From IMG/VR virus record IMGVR_UViG_3300035670_000104: a stretch of 30,643 nt of DNA, one strand, 5' to 3'. Origin of the DNA: an uncultured virus (IMG/VR IMGVR_UViG_3300035670_000104) (Duplodnaviria; Heunggongvirae; Uroviricota; Caudoviricetes). Below, piece by piece: positions 20,058 through 26,872 of the stretch. A model generated the notes under the pieces. It saw only the letters and a program-made list of their open reading frames with translations. It was not told the DNA's origin and made no database searches. Both the position numbers and the translations under genes were made by a program. Each line of letters begins with the position of its first letter. The stretch's first letter is position 1.

Positions 20058-22547
20058 TTAGAGAGAAACAACTTTAGGTTCTCCAATTGCTTGTTGAAAA
20101 TTTTGAATACTTCCGAGGAAGTTTGGTAGAATCTGTTTAGATGCTAGGTAAGCGAAACAATCCGAAACGCAGTCAACAAGATCATCGTGTCCTGTCTCAC
20201 CTCTTCTTCTTTGCCCATCGAAGGCTTCAAGCTCCCTATAGAAGAAGTTGTTATCTCCTCGAATATTATTATCTAAATCGTGAGCACAATTCTTTAAGAA
20301 CTTTATTCCGCCGTTTTGAGCCATTGAGGAGGCTGGTCTAAATCTGTCAAGTTTCGACGTTGAAGCCCTCATTTTCTGTGCATACAACCCTGATTCCGCT
20401 AAATCTCTGATTAACAGAGTACATGCTGCCGCTGCCGCTGGGTTAGGGTCGCTTGGAATAAGAATATCCACATTTCTATGGAGTTCTTTATCTTCCATAG
20501 CATTGTCTATGATAAACTTCTGCCATTCCCCGAATCTTATTCTAGTCCTCTTAGCGTCCAAGATAAGATAATCTCCATTCCGCATCTTTGCCATCTTAAC
20601 AGTTGCCGTATAATCGGGGCTTGGATTGCTATCACTTTTTAAAGTTCCGGCAAAGTCATATGCTCTAACTATCTTAACAATCTGTGATTCATCATAACTA
20701 GACAACTCTTCACACCAACTTCTTTGAAAGAATGATGAGCTTTCGGGTCTTGCTTCCCAATTCCCAAACAACAGAATCTCTCGCTCTACACGAGGCAGTC
20801 CGTTTAGAAATGCAATGTAAGAAGGTTGAATGTATGGATTATCATATACCGAGGCACTAATGAATCTGAAAGAGAGAGGAATATCGTTAGGATATTTTTC
20901 TTCCAACTCCTCTTTAGTATCCGCCCAAATAAGTCCATCACTTGTTCTTATGAACCACCGGATGACTCCTTGTTTAGAAGGATCAGGTCTTCCATGATTT
21001 TCATGACCTTCTGGAAACAAATACCAGTCCACGTACTGTCTGACCCAGCTATCGGGATCGGGGTTCATAGTTGCCCGCATATTGGGCTTCATGTTAGCTT
21101 TTGTACGTAAACGAGACAGAATATAGTTAAACTGACTCTCTTCAAACTGACACAATTCCTCCATTACGCAGGAAGAAATTTGAGCACCTTGGAAGTTTCG
21201 AGTATCTTCTACTCTCTCAAAGTGGGAAAACGCCACTTCAGCACCACTACTAAACTGGTACTTTAAATCTTTAATCTTAATCCTACCACCGGGATCAATA
21301 TCGGTGTAGATTGTTTTACTTTCGTCCCACACAGCCCCTGATTTAAGTAACATAGGAGTTGTTCTACGCAATGTAAGCCCACGATATAGAGGGTCGTGAG
21401 TATATTTCAAGTGGTGCATAAGACCTGCAAAAGTGTTGTGGGTTACTACAAAATCGGTAGTAACAAACAATCTATCTCCTGTTACAGAAATGCATGTAGC
21501 TTCACCTTTACCTGCACACTCAATACTCTCAATTCGATTCCCAACATCTTTTTTAACTGTACGAGATTTTTTACGAGGTAGTCTGAATAGTTCTGTTTGA
21601 TTTTTACCACGAATATAGAGTACGTAGGCATCCTTACATACTACCTTTTCACCATCCTTATTGTAGAACGTTTTCTTGAAAGTTGTGGTTACTGTAAACC
21701 CAAGACTTCTGAGAATTTCGGTAACATCAGAGGCTAAAGAATTACTTACTGTACAGAAATATGTTTTACCGTCTTTTGAGACATATCCGTCTGAGTCCAT
21801 TAGACCTTGGATAAGGGAAAACCTATCTTCAATACTTGCTGTAAAATAATCTTGTGGAATAAATTTATCATGACTCTTTTTCATATATAAGTCATATCCG
21901 ATAACCGAATCTTTTACTCCGTCAACTCTATAGGAAATCCCTCCAGAGCTTTCCCACACAACAGTAGCATACCCATCATCGTTAACACTCTGAATAATCT
22001 CCTGATCTGTAGTTGTCAGAGATATGCAATCTCCTCGGAAACAACCATCTCCAAGCAAAAGACCCATAGTGTACGGTTTGATCTTCAGTGCTACCTTTTC
22101 ACCAAATTCCAAAGGTTCTGATAACTGCACAATCGGTAAATATTTTCTACCTGATTTCAAGTTTTGTCTGTCAATATATTCTTTAATCTCGATAGTAGTT
22201 TGAACAAGTTTCTTACCATCCTGACCAGCTTTATGAAACTTCCAAAGATGCTGTCCACAGCATTTTACTTTTCTACCGTCTTGGAAAATAACTTCATAAA
22301 TATCGACTTCGCCTTGTGGGAATACCCCTGTGATATACTGGACAGAGTTATCTGGTGCCACAATTTCTTGACCAATCTCACAACTTTCGATATTGACAAA
22401 CCCCCTTGGAGTCAACACCTTCTCACCATGGAGGAGTGCTTTTCCGCCACCTGCTTGTCCACCGTAGAAACAAATATCTACCCAATCTGGAGTTGTAAGA
22501 AACATCTCCTGTGGTTTGGAGGCTGGTGCGTATACTTTACGACTCAT
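20058..22547 (-). CDS. terL: Terminase large subunit, intein-containing precursor (829 aa; about 494 aa mature)
   Basis: Walker A GQAGGGK|T split by the intein; Walker B-like CVMEEL; coupling motif ATMNP; nuclease motifs RAYDFA and HDDLVD. Confidence 0.95.
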   Translation of the reverse strand: MSRKVYAPASKPQEMFLTTPDWVDICFYGGQAGGGKALLHGEKVLTPRGFVNIESCEIGQEIVAPDNSVQYITGVFPQGEVDIYEVIFQDGRKVKCCGQHLWKFHKAGQDGKKLVQTTIEIKEYIDRQNLKSGRKYLPIVQLSEPLEFGEKVALKIKPYTMGLLLGDGCFRGDCISLTTTDQEIIQSVNDDGYATVVWESSGGISYRVDGVKDSVIGYDLYMKKSHDKFIPQDYFTASIEDRFSLIQGLMDSDGYVSKDGKTYFCTVSNSLASDVTEILRSLGFTVTTTFKKTFYNKDGEKVVCKDAYVLYIRGKNQTELFRLPRKKSRTVKKDVGNRIESIECAGKGEATCISVTGDRLFVTTDFVVTHNTFAGLMHHLKYTHDPLYRGLTLRRTTPMLLKSGAVWDESKTIYTDIDPGGRIKIKDLKYQFSSGAEVAFSHFERVEDTRNFQGAQISSCVMEELCQFEESQFNYILSRLRTKANMKPNMRATMNPDPDSWVRQYVDWYLFPEGHENHGRPDPSKQGVIRWFIRTSDGLIWADTKEELEEKYPNDIPLSFRFISASVYDNPYIQPSYIAFLNGLPRVEREILLFGNWEARPESSSFFQRSWCEELSSYDESQIVKIVRAYDFAGTLKSDSNPSPDYTATVKMAKMRNGDYLILDAKRTRIRFGEWQKFIIDNAMEDKELHRNVDILIPSDPNPAAAAACTLLIRDLAESGLYAQKMRASTSKLDRFRPASSMAQNGGIKFLKNCAHDLDNNIRGDNNFFYRELEAFDGQRRRGETGHDDLVDCVSDCFAYLASKQILPNFLGSIQNFQQAIGEPKVVSL
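21435..22439 (-). mobile_element. Class 3 intein with LAGLIDADG homing endonuclease (335 aa)
   Basis: Begins with Ala (ALLHGEKVLTP), ends VVTHN|T. WCT signature: HLW (block B), ATCISV (block F), THN (block G). LAGLIDADG motifs GLLLGDG and GLMDSDG. Confidence 0.92.
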
Positions 22548-22601
22548 CCTACTTTCCCTTCATAAATTACTTCTACAACATTACGTTGTGCGATAAATAC
22601 A

Positions 22602-22630
22602 ATTTTATCATTAGTCATAGAATTTGTCAA
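22602..22630 (-). promoter_or_regulatory. Sigma70-type promoter upstream of terL and the structural operon
   Basis: TTGACA-17 nt-TAAAAT with extended -10 TG. Confidence 0.8.
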
Positions 22631-22661
22631 TAGGGTATTCACTTTATTTTGATTATTTCTA

Positions 22662-23027
22662 TCAAATACTTTGTTGAATATTCTTTACAGCTTCAAGATA
22701 ATCCCTCACCATCTTGTCGCGTTCCCTCCCCTTAATACCAAGCAAAGCAACAGACTCACGAAATTCCTCAAAAGTCATGCAATTTAGCTCAGACTCTGTA
22801 TAAATTCGATGATCTGGAGGATAAGCACGAATAGCTTCATTACTCACCAAAGGCTTCTTAGGGTCTACCAGCAAATCCAACTCAGCAGAGAATGGGGCGA
22901 ACAAACGTGGTACTGTATTCTTACGCATCTTAGCACCCATAGCACCAAGTCTAATTAGCTCTTCCACAAATCGTACTCTGTCTGCTGTAAACACCGTAAT
23001 CTTCTGATTTACTTTTTCAAATTCCAT
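22662..23027 (-). CDS. Hypothetical protein (121 aa)
   Basis: Start placed at MEFEKVNQK (SD AAGGAAG); the longer ORF start lies inside hairpins. Confidence 0.7.
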   Translation of the reverse strand: MEFEKVNQKITVFTADRVRFVEELIRLGAMGAKMRKNTVPRLFAPFSAELDLLVDPKKPLVSNEAIRAYPPDHRIYTESELNCMTFEEFRESVALLGIKGRERDKMVRDYLEAVKNIQQSI

Positions 23028-23042
23028 AACTTCCTTTTTATA

Positions 23043-23278
23043 AACAGCTAAAGCTCCGCGAAGGAGCTTATTGAAATTAATCCCGCTTACCATCCTGCGG
23101 GGCTATTCTTTAGCGATAGCGGATTAATAAAAGCTGTACATTTGAATCACGGACTAATGTACAAATGCCGGGGAAGTTACAAATAATTATTCTTTCTGAT
23201 AGTTGGCGCTATTCAGTCTAAGTAATTTGGTAGCGTATAACTTCCCACCTTAGCCGTAAGTTTTGGTCCTAAGGCTTA
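23043..23278 (-). ncRNA. Putative structured RNA (multi-hairpin)
   Basis: No credible ORF; stems CCTTAG/CTAAGG, GGGAAGTTA/TAACTTCCC, GTACATT/AATGTAC, CAGCT/AGCTG, TTAATCC/GGATTAA and AAGCTCC/GGAGCTT. Confidence 0.5.
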
Positions 23279-23280
23279 TT

Positions 23281-23436
23281 AGATTTCAAGGGCAGGTACT
23301 GAACTCCTGCATGATCCTACTAAGATTAGCAATGTCTTAATACTCTCCGAGACACACCCAGCCTCTATCAGAGTTGCAAGCTATTTGCGGTAGCTTTTCT
23401 CTGGTCATATCAGCCTATGCATTCCTTGAAAAATCT
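23281..23436 (-). ncRNA. Putative tRNA-like RNA with a large internal insert (element B)
   Basis: 7-bp terminal stem TTCAAGG/CCTTGAA stacked on a T-arm-like GCAGG-AGTTCAGTA-CCTGC; second stem ATGACC/GGATCAT encloses two hairpins. Confidence 0.5.
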
Positions 23437-23443
23437 GCAATTT

Positions 23444-23593
23444 TCAAAACACAGTGTCAATACACTCTTCAACCGTCTTGCCATCAAGATAAGCTTCTTG
23501 AATATCTGAAATGAAGATATTAACTTGCTTCTCTGTATAGCCGTACTTTACAGCCATTGTCTTTACGCTCTCGTAATAGTCTTTAAACGTCAT
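23444..23593 (-). CDS. Hypothetical protein (49 aa)
   Basis: MTFKDYYESVKTMAVKYGY...; the upstream part of the listed ORF overlaps the neighbouring gene. Confidence 0.6.
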   Translation of the reverse strand: MTFKDYYESVKTMAVKYGYTEKQVNIFISDIQEAYLDGKTVEECIDTVF

Positions 23594-23601
23594 AACACTT
23601 A

Positions 23602-23865
23602 CTAAATTAACGAGTATCCGCCCTCGAAAGCATCGGCGGGCGAGTACGACTTGTAGCCGTCCTCGTAGACCACGTAGTAGCCGCCAACCTGGGGCTTGTG
23701 CTTGAAATACCAATCCGCTGACACAGGAAGCGGACCATAGTCTGCATCCTCAAACTTCAGAATGGCGAACTCGCTATTCGAAGAACCTTCTCCAATGGCT
23801 TTGATCTTCAGCGCCCACACCTTCTTGTGACACTGGTATTTTGGCATTTCTCTTTGTACATTCAT
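23602..23865 (-). CDS. Conserved phage protein (GYYVVYEDGYKSYSP motif)
   Basis: 87 aa, SD AAGGA; motif recalled from many phage proteins; visibly GC-richer than its flanks. Confidence 0.75.
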   Translation of the reverse strand: MNVQREMPKYQCHKKVWALKIKAIGEGSSNSEFAILKFEDADYGPLPVSADWYFKHKPQVGGYYVVYEDGYKSYSPADAFEGGYSLI

Positions 23866-23875
23866 AATTGTCCTT

Positions 23876-24223
23876 TCATTCCTTCTTAGGCATGTGAAGC
23901 TGGAACACTACAGCTCTCTCTGTCTCTTCTTCCTCTACAATGGAGGCTTCTGCTCTAGCGTCATCAATCTCAGACTTCTTGCCCTCCTCCTCAGCTTGAA
24001 CAACCTTGTGGAACTCCTTAGCAGAAGTGATTGTCCATTTAGCTGTGGAAAGCTGTTCCTTGTCTACAGGCTTTCCGTCAAGACTATCTTGCACAAGCTC
24101 CATAGCCGTTGTCTCAGCCAATTGCTTGAGCCTAGCTGCCACTTTACGTAGCTTAGAGGCTTTAGTTCCTACAGAACCAAATGGGCGTCCACGAGGACGT
24201 TTTTCTTGTTGTACTGCTGTCAT
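23876..24223 (-). CDS. Candidate terminase small subunit / DNA-binding protein
   Basis: 115 aa with N-terminal AT-hook-like KRPRGRP, helical middle and acidic tail; about 1.3 kb upstream of terL. Function is inference. Confidence 0.45.
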   Translation of the reverse strand: MTAVQQEKRPRGRPFGSVGTKASKLRKVAARLKQLAETTAMELVQDSLDGKPVDKEQLSTAKWTITSAKEFHKVVQAEEEGKKSEIDDARAEASIVEEEETERAVVFQLHMPKKE

Positions 24224-24528
24224 TGTTGTTCAAACAGTCTAGATTTCAACTCGTATCCCATATAACCCCAGAGGTCATTCTTAGAGTTCTCTACAGCGAT
24301 TTTCTCACCAATCTCCGCATTGTCGTTGGCGCTAGAAGCACTAGCAGATGGCTTTCCTGCAAGGGAGAAACCATTCTTTGTAGTCAACACAGCCCAGCGC
24401 AAGACTTGCCCTGAAACAGATACATGCTTAACAATCTCTACTGATACGATATTATCTTCCAAGTCCTTTAATGAAACTCTAGGAGCTGTAAGATTCTTGT
24501 TAACAATTTCTTGTTCGATATTTTCCAT
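24220..24528 (-). CDS. Phage Gp49/Gp66-family protein
   Basis: LTAPRV, LTTKNGF..G..SASAS..NDNAEIGEKIA and LW...GYEL match the recalled Phage_gp49_66 pattern. Confidence 0.78.
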   Translation of the reverse strand: MENIEQEIVNKNLTAPRVSLKDLEDNIVSVEIVKHVSVSGQVLRWAVLTTKNGFSLAGKPSASASSANDNAEIGEKIAVENSKNDLWGYMGYELKSRLFEQQ

Positions 24529-24531
24529 AAT

Positions 24532-24774
24532 TCATTCCTCAAAATCTAGCGTCACTTCTAGCACTTCAGCAACCTGAACAAATTCCGACTTCTTTGGAGT
24601 GTCAACTCCGTAAAAGAATTTGTCCACTTTGTTTCTATTCCAACCAAGCTCTAGGGCCAAGTCGCTAGTTGACATTCCTCTATTACGGAGAACACTAATG
24701 AAATCGGAAATAGCTGCTTCAGCGTCTAGAGGATCAACAAGCTCTGCTCGCTTTTCTTCTATATTCTTATTCAT
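24532..24774 (-). CDS. XRE-family helix-turn-helix protein (80 aa)
   Basis: LRNRGMSTSDLALELGWNRNKVDKFFYG..P......VAEVLEV; start ATG 24774 (SD AGGA). The longer ORF overlaps the tRNA. Confidence 0.72.
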   Translation of the reverse strand: MNKNIEEKRAELVDPLDAEAAISDFISVLRNRGMSTSDLALELGWNRNKVDKFFYGVDTPKKSEFVQVAEVLEVTLDFEE

Positions 24775-24825
24775 GTTATTTCCTATTGTAATAATCCCTA
24801 TGAGGGAATGCTCTTTGCATTGCAC

Positions 24826-24859
24826 AAAGAAAATGGGAGAGAATAAAACAAGCTCTCCC
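24826..24859 (-). terminator. Terminator downstream of tRNA-Gly
   Basis: GGGAGAG-N11-CTCTCCC followed by ATTTTCTTT. Confidence 0.65.
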
Positions 24860-24872
24860 TCTTGTATAAATA

Positions 24873-24948
24873 TGGAGCAGACGATCGGAATTGAACCGAC
24901 AACCACTGATGTGGAAAAACAGCGCTCTGCCAATTGAGCTACATCTGC
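24873..24948 (-). tRNA. tRNA-Gly(TCC)
   Basis: 76-nt cloverleaf: acceptor GCAGATG/CGTCTGC, anticodon loop TTTCCAC, T-loop TTCAATT, U73 discriminator, encoded CCA. Confidence 0.92.
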
Positions 24949-25158
24949 AATAAAACAGGAGTTTTGCACATTAACCAATACCGAAATATTGAAGTGTCTC
25001 CTGTGTGTTAAATATGCCCCGTAAATAGCCGCAAAGAACTACTCTGCCGAGGACTTTAGCTTACGTCTAAGCCTTCTTTCTTAAATATTAAAGTTCAACC
25101 CCTGTCCAAAACAACAATTGAAGTTTATACAGGTGTAGAGGCGACATCAGAAAGAACA

Positions 25159-25446
25159 TCACCGAATACTCTCATAAGGGAGAATTGACTCTCCTCGATA
25201 ATACAGAAATGCACAGTAGTTAGCAACATCCACTACATTTCCCTTTTCTACACTAATATGAAGAAGATTGCTTAGATGTTGTTGGGTACATTCCTCCGTA
25301 TTAAATCCTGAGTACCCTTGCTTACTCTTCTGGACTAGCCGAATCTTTTGCACCTGACTAAGATTGTCTACTGCATCCTTTTCAATCTCAGCTTCTACAA
25401 TTTTCTCAGGTTCCCAAGCTTCTCGTTGTGCATCATAATGTCCCAT
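25159..25446 (-). CDS. Hypothetical phage protein (95 aa; KG..VDVANY motif)
   Basis: Start ATG 25446 with SD AGGAG, overlapping the end of the upstream gene. Confidence 0.7.
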   Translation of the reverse strand: MGHYDAQREAWEPEKIVEAEIEKDAVDNLSQVQKIRLVQKSKQGYSGFNTEECTQQHLSNLLHISVEKGNVVDVANYCAFLYYRGESILPYESIR

Positions 25447-25624
25447 TATACAACTCCTTAGCAAAACCATCTACAATTGCTGTGTAGCCATACTTCTTCT
25501 TAGCATCGGCGTAGCTATCGGCCTTACCAATTTCCTTCATTGTAACTTCGTATTGTGCCTCACCTTTGTGGTCAACACCTGCCTTACGATAGGTCGGCAT
25601 ATATACGGCGATTTGCTTCTTCAT
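25433..25624 (-). CDS. Hypothetical protein (63 aa)
   Basis: Strong SD AAAGGAG and ATG start. Confidence 0.7.
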   Translation of the reverse strand: MKKQIAVYMPTYRKAGVDHKGEAQYEVTMKEIGKADSYADAKKKYGYTAIVDGFAKELYNGTL

Positions 25625-25684
25625 TTACTTTCTCCTTTGTTAATAATCAAACTTCTTTTTCAGATAAACTTAAATTGAATTGAA

Positions 25685-25864
25685 TGGGATAGGTGGATTC
25701 GACACCACAACATCCTATTAGCCCGGTACTGTTTTCATTGACACAATTGCCGTACTCGCGTAATACAACTAATAAGTTTGCATTAGTTTTAGACAAGACA
25801 TCTTATCATGCTTTGGAGATTAATGCATCTCTCCTAACAATACTTTCAATCTTTCTACTATCCC
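25685..25864 (-). ncRNA. Putative mini-tmRNA-like / tRNA-like RNA (element A, 180 nt)
   Basis: Acceptor-like stem GGGATAG/CTATCCC plus A; stemless D-loop; long P2 (AGTATTGTTAG/CTAATAGGATGTT); H-type pseudoknot GGAGA/TCTCC plus ATGC/GCAT; T-arm GTGG-TGTCGAAT-CCAC; 35 nt downstream of tRNA-Arg. Confidence 0.6.
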
Positions 25865-25899
25865 AAACAGAAGAACTCTCGGTAAAGAATGCTTTTGTT

Positions 25900-25976
25900 T
25901 GGTGGGCGGCGAGGAATTCGAATCCCCATAGTTCGAGGTAGAAGCTCGATTCATTGTCCAGTTATGATAGCCGCCC
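25900..25976 (-). tRNA. tRNA-Arg(TCT)
   Basis: 77-nt cloverleaf: acceptor GGGCGGC/GCCGCCC, anticodon arm TCGAG-CTTCTAC-CTCGA, T-loop TTCGAAT, 3' ACCA. Confidence 0.93.
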
Positions 25977-25981
25977 AAAAC

Positions 25982-26056
25982 TGGTATGGCGTGTTGGTTT
26001 CGATCCAACTACCAAAGTCTTATGAGGACTCCACTCTCCCATTGAGTTAACGCCAC
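25982..26056 (-). tRNA. tRNA with CAT anticodon (Met or Ile2)
   Basis: 75-nt cloverleaf: acceptor GTGGCGT/ACGCCAT, anticodon arm GAGTC-CTCATAA-GACTT, T-loop ATCGAAA, 3' ACCA. Confidence 0.9.
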
Positions 26057-26060
26057 TTCC

Positions 26061-26141
26061 TAAATGGAAGACTCTACCACAGAACTTAGGAGAAAGGAGA
26101 ATGAAAACCTAGTTCTCTTTGTGTGTAAAGCCTTCTATTTA
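26061..26141 (-). ncRNA. Putative hairpin sRNA with an anti-Shine-Dalgarno loop
   Basis: Stems TAAATAGAAG/CTTCCATTTA, GCTTTAC/GTAGAGT and AGAACT-AGG/CCT-AAGTTCT; apical loop TTTTCATTCTCCTTTCT. Confidence 0.5.
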
Positions 26142-26161
26142 AGAGACTCTTTCGAGTCTCT
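26142..26161. terminator. Perfect 8-bp hairpin (GAAA tetraloop on minus strand); terminator or processing site
   Basis: AGAGACTC-GAAA-GAGTCTCT. Confidence 0.55.
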
Positions 26162-26166
26162 GTATT

Positions 26167-26259
26167 TTATAGTCGAATTGGATTCAGGTCAATTCCGAGC
26201 CCGTACCCTTCAATCAAACCCCATCCCTCGTTTGTAATACTATCCCAACCGTCATTCAT
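26167..26259 (-). CDS. Small peptide (30 aa)
   Basis: MNDGWDSITNEGWGLIEGYGLGIDLNPIRL; SD AAAGGA; first ORF after a consensus promoter. Confidence 0.5.
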   Translation of the reverse strand: MNDGWDSITNEGWGLIEGYGLGIDLNPIRL

Positions 26260-26293
26260 AAGAATTCCTTTGTTTTTGTTGTCTATACTTACA

Positions 26294-26322
26294 ATTATAT
26301 CATCCACTTCTATATTTGTCAA
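26294..26322 (-). promoter_or_regulatory. Consensus sigma70 promoter for the tRNA/ncRNA cluster
   Basis: TTGACA-17 nt-TATAAT with extended -10 TG. Confidence 0.9.
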
Positions 26323-26371
26323 GTGTTTTATTACAGTTTGGTACAATTATTTACCTAAATGTACTTACTTA

Positions 26372-26857
26372 TCAATCCCAGAATGTATTCAGATATAGTC
26401 CAAACAAACGACACCCATTTTGAATACGAGCATGGTAGGCATCGTATAGAGCACGCTTATCTGGAATTTCTTTAAGACCGGAAGAAATCATTGTAACACA
26501 ACCACGCTCGTCTGGCTCACTCCATTCAATTTCACCAACAACATCGTAAGGCTGAGGCTCATTTGCATTGTCTGTGGCAATCTCATTCATTGCCCACACA
26601 ACCTCATCCAACACCCAATCCCACGCATCTTTAGAAAATCTTTCTTGATAAGTACCATGAAGTTCTTCTGGAACATCTTCCTTTGCAATAGCTCCGTATC
26701 CGTGAGAAGTCTCCTTCAGTTGCTTTAGGAGTGGTCCTGCAATCTGAGCAATAGTCCAAGCACAGCTCCAACTATCTTCCTTGTCAATCACAACATTGTT
26801 TGTCTTTACAGAGCCTTTCTCCTTACCACTCTTATAACGTTTAATCTTTACTTCCAT
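26372..26857 (-). CDS. Hypothetical phage protein (161 aa)
   Basis: SD GGAG; WDWVLDEVVWA and RIQNGCRLFGLY..FWD segments resemble a common large-phage family. Confidence 0.8.
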   Translation of the reverse strand: MEVKIKRYKSGKEKGSVKTNNVVIDKEDSWSCAWTIAQIAGPLLKQLKETSHGYGAIAKEDVPEELHGTYQERFSKDAWDWVLDEVVWAMNEIATDNANEPQPYDVVGEIEWSEPDERGCVTMISSGLKEIPDKRALYDAYHARIQNGCRLFGLYLNTFWD

Positions 26858-26872
26858 CTATAGACTCCATCC

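Noticed and set aside
24775..24978. N-terminal extension of the HTH ORF (148 aa version)
   Set aside because: It runs through tRNA-Gly and its terminator.
25685..25864. Calling element A a canonical tmRNA (ssrA) or an intron-containing tRNA
   Set aside because: No G3:U70, no closed tag frame and too short for tmRNA; the insert is too small for a group I intron and no anticodon arm can be rebuilt.
25693..26008. ORFs 25693-25941 (+) and 25820-26008 (-)
   Set aside because: They overlap tRNAs and the structured RNA and lack an RBS.
26101..26112. Plus-strand mini-ORF MKT behind a doubled SD
   Set aside because: No plus-strand promoter was found nearby and most G-U pairs favour the minus-strand fold; treated as the complement of the anti-SD loop.
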